A stretch of 63,703 bases of DNA, counting the filler, from an uncultured bacterium (GTDB lineage Bacteria; DAOPZR01): assembly GCA_964637655.1 (NCBI GenBank). It is 3 parts of 3 records of this genome, joined end to end, with 100 filler letters (N's around TTAATTAATTAA, not from the genome) between each part and the next. Parts side by side here need not be neighbours in the genome. Positions count along the whole stretch, not along the records: positions 2,396 to 33,417 come from CAZWUZ010000011.1; 2 more parts are not named here. One strand, written 5' to 3'. Each line of letters starts with the position of its first letter. Position 1 is the first letter of the stretch. Both the position numbers and the translations under genes were made by a program. Positions 19,901-30,200 of this stretch are shown piece after piece. A model generated the notes under the pieces. It was given only the letters and a program-made list of their open reading frames with translations. It was not told where the DNA came from and searched no databases.

Positions 19901-22900
19901 TGACGGCGCGGTTGCCCCGCGCGGCACCGATGTCTGGGGCGAGGTGCTGGTCTATTTCAGCGAGCCGATGGGCGGCACCGCGCTCGAAGCGGGGCGCTAC
20001 AGCATTCCCGGCCTGACAGTCAACGGGGCGGAGCATCACGGGCCGGGGCAGGTGCTGCTGCACGTCTCGCCGATGGTTGAAGGGCAGGCCTACACCGTGT
20101 CATGCACCACCGCCCATGACCAGGCGGGCAACACCGTCGCGGTGAGCACCAGCGCGACCTTCTACGGGGCGAACGCGGGGAGTGATGAGGACTTCCAGCT
20201 CATTGCGGTCTCCGCGGACGAGGGGCAGCCGCTGCTCACTCCGGGGCAGCAGTTCCTCATCGCCTCCGCCATTGCCAGCGACCTGACAGCAACCGTCACC
20301 TCGGCGCATGACACCACCGGGATTTCCGTCACCCTCGTGCAATGCGACCCCGACGAACTGCCGGAGATCGTGCCGGACGGCAGCAGCGGCTTCTATGCCG
20401 CGCTGGCCGGCTGCGGCAGCGTGAGTGACGATGTCAATGACACCATCGCCGGGTTCAGCGGCGGCCTGCTGACCATCACCGTCGATAGCGTCAGCATCAC
20501 CCTGCCGCTGAGCGATACGCGCACGCTGGAAAGCGTTATTCATATCGCGCTGGCCGCTGATACGGTGCAGGCGGTGGCCACCTCGCTGCAGTACCCGGGG
20601 CGGGTCTGGCTGGCGGAGACCGCGGTCATTCCGCCGCAGGTCGTGCCGAACCGCGACTACAGCATCGTCGTCGACGAACTCGGACTGTACCAGGTGACGC
20701 TGACCCGGCTTTCCGACCTGCAGACGCAGACGCTCTACAACATCGTCGTCGACCAGTGGGGGAGCACGTACTCCGTCGCGCCGGCGCCGGTGACGTTCCC
20801 GGCGACCACCGACACCTTCGGGGTCATCTCGGGGATTCTCGACCGGCCTGACACCGGCACCGCGCTTGTCACCTACGACGAGGACGGCGAGATCGAGCGC
20901 TACCCGCACATCTTCGCGCATCGCCGCACGTCGAACGAGATCGCCGGCAAGCCGTGCAATCCCGAGAGCGACCTGCTGCTGCTGAGCAACGGCGACGTCA
21001 AGTACACCATCTGGGGGCTGCCCGTCAGCAGTGGCGAGACCGTCACCTACATCGTCGAGGTCAGTGCCGCGGGCTACCAGCCGGCGAGCCAGGGGGTTGA
21101 ACTGACGCAGCAGAAGAAGGACCGCACCGGGATCAACTTCCCGCTGCGCACCGCCGGCAGCGCCGTGCTGCGCGGGCGGGTGACGAGCAGCATCGACGTC
21201 GAGATCACCGATCTGACCGTCACCGCCATCAACGGGAGCAACGGCACGCTGCGCACCGCGCAGACCGACCGCGGCGGGTATTTTGCCATCGCCGACCTTG
21301 CTGCCGGCGACTACATTGTCACCGCTGACGCCACGTCGCGCGGCTACGTGGCCAAGACGCAGCGCCTGACCATTGATACGGGTGCCACGGCGATGGTCAG
21401 TTTCCGCCTCGAAGCGGCGCGCACCATCCGCGGGCAGCTGCTCAAGATTGCTGACAGCCAGCCGGTGACGAGCGCCGGGGCCATCATCGAGGCGGCCCCG
21501 CTGCTCGCTGGTATGGAGGGGCAGGTGCTGCTCACCACCCCGGCCGCCGACGGGACGTTCACCTTCCTCGGCATCCCCGACCTCGACGGGCTGACCTATC
21601 GTCTGACCGCGAATGCCAGCGGCTACAGCAAGGCGATCCGCAACGGTGTGGTGCCGGGCGAGACGCATGCCCTTCTTGCGGTGGCCCCGGTTTCCGCCGG
21701 CATTACCGGGCGGGTGGTGTCACCCGATACCGGCATTCCGGGCGCTTCGGTGAAGGTGGTGTCGCAGGCCGTCTCCTCCTACGTCAAGGTGACGCAGGCG
21801 AATGCCACGGGCACCTACACGGTCAGTGTGCCGGGCGGGTACTACACCGTCGAATTGTCGGCCCCCGGCTACCGTCGCGCGCTGCTGCAGAATGTGCCGG
21901 TGGTAGAGGGGCAGACGACCAATCTCGGGGCGGTGCTGCTCGAGGACGGGGCGACTATCAGCGGGCGTGTGAAGACCGCTGACGGGCTGGGCGTGGCGGG
22001 GGCGCTGGTGCGCGCGGTTTCGCCGGACAGCACCGCCTACCTCGGGAGCGCGCTGACCTCGGCCAACGGCTACTATGCCATCACCGGGCTGGTCAAGAAC
22101 GTCAATTACCGCGTTATGGCGCTGCAGAACGGCGGGGCTGATGTCTACCCGTACGACAAGCTCGTCTTCCTGACGGCGGATGCCACGGTCAACATCACCA
22201 CGACCAGCCAGCCGCCGCAGTTCTTTGTCGACTGCCAGCGCAGCTCGCTGGGGGACACGGTCTTCAACCTGACCATCACGACCAGCAAGCGTCTCATGTC
22301 GTCCCCGTACCTGACCGTACTCGCCGGGCATGGGCAGTTCTCGACGACGGACAGCAAGGCGGTACCGTACCTCGACCGCGTCTACAAGCTGAGCTACACG
22401 GAACCGGACACCACCGTCACGCTGGTCACGCTGCTGGTGACCGGAACCGACCTGAACAGCAGCGCGGGTTTCTGCACCTACTCGTTCAGCCCGCTCTACG
22501 AGAAGAATCAGGAGGTCGTGGTCAATGGCGGGCAGAGCAACCAGATTTCGCTGAGCAACGGGGCGAGTATCATCATCCCGGAGAACGCCTACCGCAATGC
22601 CAACGACACCGCGGCAAGTTCGCTGCAGAACTCGGTGCGCCTGCGCATTTCGCAGGTTGGGCTGCAGAGTTCGACGGGGGGCGAGACCTACGCACCGTCC
22701 TATTACGGGGCGCCGCGCTACCTCACGCAGTATGCGCCGCCGACCAGCGGGACGGGGCGCTGGGCGCGCTCGTCCAACGACTACGACATCCATCTGCAGG
22801 ACGGGACGGGTGAAACCGTCACCGTGGCGGAGGGCAAATTCCTCACCATCACCCTGCCGTACACCGACACGGCGGGCGCGGCGGCGGCGGGCAAACTGCA

Positions 22901-23178
22901 CCTCTACTACTACAACGAGACGCTCGGGCGCTGGGTGGGTGAGGTGACGGGGCAGATTGTCAATGTGGGGAACAATACCATCACCATCAGCGTCAACCAC
23001 CTGTCGAAGTTCGCGGTCTTCAAGGAACCGGCGGTGCCGGGGGATCTAAGCGACGACGGGGGCATTGTCAGTACCAACGATCTGGCGGCGATGAACGTCT
23101 ACTTCGTCACCAACAACGTGTCGGGCGATATTTCCGGGCCCAACGGGGTGCCGGACGGGGTGGTGGATTGTTACGACA
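13902..23178 (+). CDS. Giant secreted protein A (>=3,092 aa): CARDB-like N-terminus, many carboxypeptidase-regulatory-like/FN3/Ig domains, ZU5-like domain, C-terminal dockerin; true end lost in N gap
   Basis: Signal peptide (VPAYA-G); repeated G.I.G.V.D..G.P+.G..V...T...G.Y/F motifs; VNHLSKFAVF; PGDLSDDGGIVSTNDL...GDISGPNGVPDGVVDCYD paired Ca-loops. Confidence 0.88.
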
Positions 23179-23247
23179 NNNNNNNNNNTGGGGCAGGATT
23201 TCAACCAGTAGGAGGCGTGTGTGTAAGAAAAGATACAACGTATATGC

Positions 23248-23276
23248 TTGACAAGCGGCGGGAGTGTCTGTATACT
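23248..23276 (+). promoter_or_regulatory. Near-consensus sigma70 promoter for the adaptor/giant B/PorV-like genes
   Basis: TTGACA-17 nt-TATACT. Confidence 0.75.
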
Positions 23277-23397
23277 GTTTCATTGGGAGGGCAGCTATTG
23301 TGCCTGAATGCAGTCCGGCGGTACTTCGTATCCTCAATTCCGAAAAAAACATGCTTGGTGTACGCTGCGCCCGATGTTCGGGCGGGAGGGTAAACGG

Positions 23398-24204
23398 ATG
23401 AGATATTCGTCGCTTGCGATCTTCATAGCGTTGGTATTACAATTTCCTGCGTGGGCTGGAGGCACGTTGATATTATCTCCGACAAATCAAGGGTCGATCG
23501 CCGCGTTTTCGGCAACGCACAACTATGTCTACTACCTCGGAGATAGTAATCCATCGGGCCGTGCATATCCGACGATTCCGTTTAAGCTACTGGCGACCAT
23601 TGATACGCAACTGATGGCGTTTGTCGTTCACATCACATATCCAAAAACGAAAATCATTCCAGATACACTGAATATTCAACCGGGATCTTTTCTTTACAGC
23701 TGTACTTCGCCGACCGTTTCAGATAGTTATTTCTTTAACGTTGTTGTTGAACCGGGGTCGACAATTGATACGTTGACAATAACTGGCTCCCGCATGTCTG
23801 ATGACAGCAAAGCCCTGGGAGGGTGGACGACCTCTGACACGATTGAACTTGCAACCAATATCGTTTTCAATCGCTGTTCGACCGGATTAATTGATGGTCA
23901 AACCTTGGGCACGGTAACGGGACTCCTGAAATTTCGCGGACCGAACAATGCCAGTGCTGATTTTACTACAATTCAAGTATCAGCGAGCGGGTGGTCTCTA
24001 ATGAAAAAGGGCGGCGCCGGTTCGACTTGGGTCGGGTCGGCGGATTTGGATAATGACGGATGGATTACAACCGATGACTTAAAACCAATTCGCAGGTCTG
24101 GTATGATGGGAAGCCAAACTTTAGTTTATGATGCCGACATGGACGGCTGGATAACTACCGATGATTTGAAAATAATTCGTCGCTTAAATGGCAATTCATG
24201 GTGA
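23398..24204 (+). CDS. Secreted adaptor protein: cohesin-like beta domain plus C-terminal dockerin (268 aa), low GC
   Basis: GGAGG RBS; signal peptide (FPAWA-G); AF.VHITYP...GSFL...ELA...F cohesin-like pattern (tentative); ADLDNDGWITTDDLK.IRR and ADMDGWITTDDLK.IRR dockerin repeats. Confidence 0.8.
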   Translation: MRYSSLAIFIALVLQFPAWAGGTLILSPTNQGSIAAFSATHNYVYYLGDSNPSGRAYPTIPFKLLATIDTQLMAFVVHITYPKTKIIPDTLNIQPGSFLYSCTSPTVSDSYFFNVVVEPGSTIDTLTITGSRMSDDSKALGGWTTSDTIELATNIVFNRCSTGLIDGQTLGTVTGLLKFRGPNNASADFTTIQVSASGWSLMKKGGAGSTWVGSADLDNDGWITTDDLKPIRRSGMMGSQTLVYDADMDGWITTDDLKIIRRLNGNSW

Positions 24205-27200
24205 GGAGAATGACTTTGAAAACCACTGCCGGAGTTGGAACCGCAAATTATCCTCGCCAGATTTTTCAGATATTGTGCATCGCTTGTTTGGCGGGAATAT
24301 TGTCCATGGGATTGCCGGGTGTCGCATGGGCTTCGTATTGCGCGCTAAGTGATGGGGACACGACTACGTTCTTGCCGATCTCCCAAAAGCAGGTTGACCT
24401 TGGGGGGGCGTTTTCCGTATATTTATGGTTGAATTATGAGGACAATGCGTTGGCGGTCAATGACTTTGCTGCAGCAAGCAGAATCAAGTGGGATCCGAGC
24501 GCTCTCTCGTTAGTGGACACGGCGGTAGTTTCGCATGGGGCCACATCCGTTACGACCAGTGTTTTAAATCCGAATATCCCGTCTTCAGGTAGTCACCTGC
24601 TCATTATGGACTACAATCCGAATTATGTGTCGAATAAAGTTTCTGTTATACGATACGATTTTACTAAACTGACTGCTGCTGCAACGACAATTAATGTGGT
24701 GATTGATTCACGTTCGATCCCCGCAGAATTGGGATGTCTCTATAATGATTTTAACAATGGTAAACTTAAGGCGGATACGGCAATAAATTTGGTGGTCTAT
24801 TCGACTGATACGACTCCCCCGACGATTGATACTCCGACCATCGGAACCATGATTGCCGGAGAGACGAGGTCGGTTGCGGACATCATCTTGCGCGACGCAT
24901 CTGCTGCGGTTGACAATATGGCGTGTTCGATCTGGGTGCATCCGGGGACGGGCGGTAGCTGGATGCCGGTCAATCTGAGCTGCGATACGTATTACGGAGA
25001 TACTGCAGTGTTCTCGGGCTCGATTCCGGGCACTTACATTACGACACCGTATGTCTATTATTTCCTTTCTGGGAGGGACTCGGCGGGCAATTTCGCCAAG
25101 TGGCCGGCAGGAGCGAACCTCACCGATACAAATAATGCCGATTCCAAGGTGGTGTACAGCAATGTCCCGCTGACGGTCACCGGGGTCGGGCGCGGCAGTA
25201 CGTATTATTCCGATTCGCTGCCGGCGTCGGTCCATTACGCGACGACCACCGATTCCGTCTATATCTGGGTGAATACCGCGGCGGACTCGGTGTATGTGCT
25301 CAACCGCTCGCTGGGCGCCTTTGACGATACGGAAGTGACGACTTCCAATACGAACACCACAACGACGTCCCACTTCGGCTGCACGGTACCGCTGAAACCC
25401 GATGCTGCCAACTATATCGTGGTGGTGGGCCAGGACGGGGTCATGCCGTGGACAACGTCCGAGACCATTGTGGTGTACTGCGACACCGTGGGACCGCAGA
25501 CGCCGGTAGTGAGCGTCAATAACGGCGCCACGGCCATCAACTCGCTGACCGTCAACCTGATGATGACGGCGAACGACACCCTGAGCGGCACGCTCAAGTT
25601 CTACGTCGATGCCTGCACCATGCCCTACGCCCCGGATGCGTCGCTGATTGATGCGACGTACACCAAGGGACAGAACATGACAGGGGATACCGGGTCCCCG
25701 CTGACCGTAACCAGTTATTCGGACAGCAACTACCTGTACTTGTACGTGCAGGCCGAGGATTCTGCCGGCAACAAGTACATGGACGGCAGCAATATCGCGC
25801 TGAAGTCCGTGATCATCGACACCATGTCACCGCGCATCTACGATTACGCGAACGGCGCTGTCAGGACGTACACCAGCGTGGGCGATTCCGACGCACGGAC
25901 GGGCGAGACGCAGGCAATAACGCTCGCGATCGCTGACTCCACGGCGATTACCGGCACGCTGTATTTCCGGCACCAGAACATCGGCGTGTCGACCTGGGCC
26001 GCGGACACCCTGGTCCTGCTCGGTGCGCTGGGTGGCGACTTCAATCTGTACGGGTGTTCCATCCCGGCGCATGTGGTCGGGCAGGTGGGCACCAACGACT
26101 GCACGGGCGGCATCGAGGTGTTTGCCCAGATTACGGACGCGCTCGGCCAGAGCACCTGGATCGATTCTCGCGGGGTGACCCTGAACGACTCGTATTCGAC
26201 GGTGGTACAGCGTCAGGCGAGCGGCTTTGACACCTTTACGGCGGGCGATTCGGTGTACATTGCCCCGCAGGTACTGACCGATGCCATGTTCAACCGCGGC
26301 TATGCGCCGCAGGCGGTGGCCTGGAATGATACGGTCTATGTGACGGGCAACACCCTCTACATCGGGTTCGGCACGAACGCTGACACGGTGCGGGTCATTG
26401 GGGCCAACAGCACGGGCGGCACCATTGACACCGCGGTATGGCCGAACACGCGCAATTACTGGACCTCGACGGATACGTTCAGCATCGCGCTGCCGCTGGG
26501 CCCGGGCTACAACTGGTTCTCGCTGCAGGGGCACGACGACAGCGAACCGACGCGCATGGGCGACACGATTTATGTCTTCAACGACACCATGGTGCCGCTG
26601 GTGGTGGCCACGGTCATCGAGACCGGTGCGCTGGCGGTGGACACGCAGACGGCGCTGGTCGTGAGCGTGACGGCGTACGACACGCGCTCGGCCCTGGTCG
26701 GGTCGCAGCAGACGACGCCCGACACCATCGTCCTCTCCGACACCTTCTGGATGAATCCTTCCGTGCTGGCGGACACGACGACCGCCTACCTGGCAGCGTT
26801 CCGCACGTATCGTTATGCGTATGGCGCGGGGGTCTATACCTACAATGTGACGCGGACGGATACCACCATCTATTCGCTTTATGCGTATGCCATCGACCAG
26901 GTGGGGAACGTCAGCACGGCCGTGACGGCCATTGACACTATCTACCACGACACCGCCGGGGCGCAGATTGACTTCGCCGGTGTTGCCGACAACCGGGCGG
27001 CGACGCAGCCGGTGGCGTTGACTCTGACCGTGAATGAGCTGACGGGCGACAGTGCGGTGAGCGAAGTGAAGCTGTACTACTCGCATCCGTACGCGCAGGG
27101 CTACCCGAACGTCACCTGGTGGAGCGACACCACCGCGGCGGTGTACCTGACGGCCAATACCTGGCGCATCACCATCCCCGATTCGTTTGTCGGCGGGGTT

Positions 27201-30200
27201 GCGGACACCGTGACGGGGGTGCGCTACTTCGTGCGCACCAGGGATGCGTTGAACCATTACACGTATTGGGGTGTCACGGGCGGCTTACAAGCCAATCAGC
27301 GCGCCAATGTGTTCAGCTGCCACGATACGACGAGCAGTACGGGCGGCGACGCGCTCTATCAGAGTGACTATTATTACGACACCTTCAGCGTGGTGCTGGC
27401 GGTCAGCACGACCATCACCATCGGCGTCAGCGATGCGACGGATACGTGGTCCCTGGCCAGCGGGCTGTACTTCGCCTGCGATACGGCCTGGATCAACATC
27501 GTCAGCGAAGGCGATACCAAGTCCTACGCCAGCTATGGTGCGACGAACAACGTCATTACGGAAACGCAGACGCTGGCCGGTGTTGGCACTGTGCTGATGG
27601 ACAGCATCGCGCTGGCGATGGGCACGAACAACATCTTCGTGTACGTCGAGAGCGACACGCAGCCGGACTTCTGGATGAGCTACGCGGTCATCGCCGACAC
27701 GGCGGTGCCGATGCTCTACGGCGATTCGCTGACGGTGCGGGTGCATCGCGACGCGATCACGGGCCGGACCACCACGGACAGCCAGAACGGTGTGTACATC
27801 AACCTGCTGGCGGAGGACACCGGCGGCAGCAACCTTGCCCAGTACCGCGTCGGCGAGGCGCCCGGCGCGCTCGGGGCCTGGCAGAATTACGCGGCGCAGT
27901 TCCTATACACGTTCACGGCCCGCGATACGGTGCCGCTGTTCCTGCAGGTTAAGGATGCCGCCGGCAACCTGAGCGCGCTGCTGCAGGACACGATATATGT
28001 TGATACCCAGGGGCCGGCAATCGTCCACACTGCAATCGCCGACAGCCGGGCGAAGAACGCGGCGCTGGCGGTTACGGCGCAGGTTGACGATCTGAGCGGC
28101 ACGGCGGCGGTGACGAATGTCTTCGTCTGGTTCCGGAACCTGAACCAGTACGCCGGCACGGTCAACGGCTGGGATTCGGCCGCCATGGTGCGCACCGGCA
28201 CGTCGACGACGTTCACGGGCACCATCCCCGATTCGGCCATCGGCACGGCGGCGGATTCGGGAGTCGATTACTTCATCGAGGCGTGGGACACCTACGTCGC
28301 CATGGGCTCGGCGTTGAACCGCAGCTACTATTATGGCGCCGGTAGCGTGCAGACCGGCGTGACGCTGGCGCAGGCGCAGGCGAACCCGGACAGCTTCACC
28401 ACGGTTTCGGGCGTCAAGCTGGAAGTATGGCTGCGCGACGCGGCCGACGCACTGGGCAGCGACACGCGGGCGGCGAACGGGCTGTACTTCATGAGCGACA
28501 CCATTTTTGTCCGCCTGATTCACGACGCGGATTCGGTATTGGTCTATGCCAACGGCGTGCAGGTGGCTGCCTGCTCGCAGCCGGCGAACGCGACCAACGC
28601 CCTGGACACGCTGACGGTGAGCACGTTCAGCTGTACGGCCGGACTGAGCACGCTGATGATCGTCGGGATTGACGGCAGCCAGCCGTGGGACACGCAGGTT
28701 TACACGGTGTATGTCGACACCTGGGCGCCCGTCCTGAGTGCGGGCACGGACACGTTCACGATGGACAGCGACATGGTGGCGTCGCCGGATACGAGCGTTA
28801 CGATTTACCTCGCCCTGACCGACTCGGATGCCGGATTCAACGTGACGGGCGGCATCGCCTACTACGAACTGTCGGAGACCATCACGTTCAACGACACGGT
28901 GGCGACGGGCCGGCAGGCGTATACGCAGCTGCGCGACTGGAATTTCGCGAACACGGACGGCGATTCGGTGCTGACCCTGTACCTGCGCTACTGGGACGTC
29001 GCGGGCAATACCAGCCCGGTGTCGGCCCGCAGCATGTACTGGGACACGGTGGCGCCGAGCATCGTCTTTACGGCCATCACTGACAGCAAGCCAACCAGCC
29101 GGGCGGTGGCGGTGACGGCGACGTGCACTGACTTGTCAGGCACCGCGACGCTGAATGTGGTCACCTCAGTTTCACCGTACGCGACCTGGGAAACCTGGCC
29201 GCTGAGCGCGTCCGGGCCGAACACCTTCAGCGGCGCGATCCCTGACACGGTGGTCGGGAGCAGCGCCTCACTCACGGGGGTGCGTTATTACCTCGCGGCG
29301 ACTGACAGTTGGGGCAAGACGGCCTTCTGGGTGGGCGACGGAACGCTGTATGACAGCTTTACGGTCTCGCTGCCGGTGGCCACGACGGTGGCGGCGCGCG
29401 ACTTTGATACGCTTACCTACACGACGCTCGTCTCCTACGGATCGGGCTGGACGCCGACGTATTACCGCACTGACTCGTTCACCCTCAAGGTGACGACCAA
29501 TGCGGATACGCTGGCGGTGTACATCCTGAACAACGACCGCGCGGTGGTCTGGAACTCCGAGACCTTTGCGGTGGGTGTGGGTCAGGTCAACTTCGACACG
29601 TACCTGTTCCTTGACACGCATTTGCTGGATGACACCTGCTTCATTCAGGTCGTTGGCGCGGACAATGCCGAGCCGACGAATATCGACACCTACGCCATTT
29701 ACGTCGATACGCGGACGCCGTACTTCACCACGGCGGCGCTCATCGACGGCGGGCTCTACGCGACGGGCGACACGTCGGTGACCGTCACCTTTGCCGCTGC
29801 GGATACCTACAGCGTGGCGTATGTGATTGTCAGCGAGATGCACCCGCAGTTCATGACAGACACGGAAAGCCGCAAGGTGGCGTACACGACGAGCGTCACC
29901 TACACGCTGACGAAGGATACGCAGGTGGCGACCGTCTACGTGGCGGCGTTCGATATCGCAGGGAACATGGCGGTATCGCTCGACCAGATCTGGCTCGATA
30001 CCTTCGCGCCGTTCATCTACTACAACGGGGTGGATGACAGCCGCAGCATCAGCCAGCGCGTGGCGGTGCAGGCGACGATTGCCGATACCTCCGGCACGGT
30101 GCCGACGGTCGTGCTCTATTACCAGGACTCGACCTCGACGTGGGGTTCGACCGCGATGACGGCGCAGGTGGGCGGGACCTACCTTGGCTACATCCCGGCG

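Noticed and set aside
23179-23393. C-terminal ~70 aa of the 3,163-aa ORF as given in the track
   Set aside because: Read-through across an N gap into AT-rich intergenic DNA holding a consensus promoter; the dockerin should end shortly after CYD
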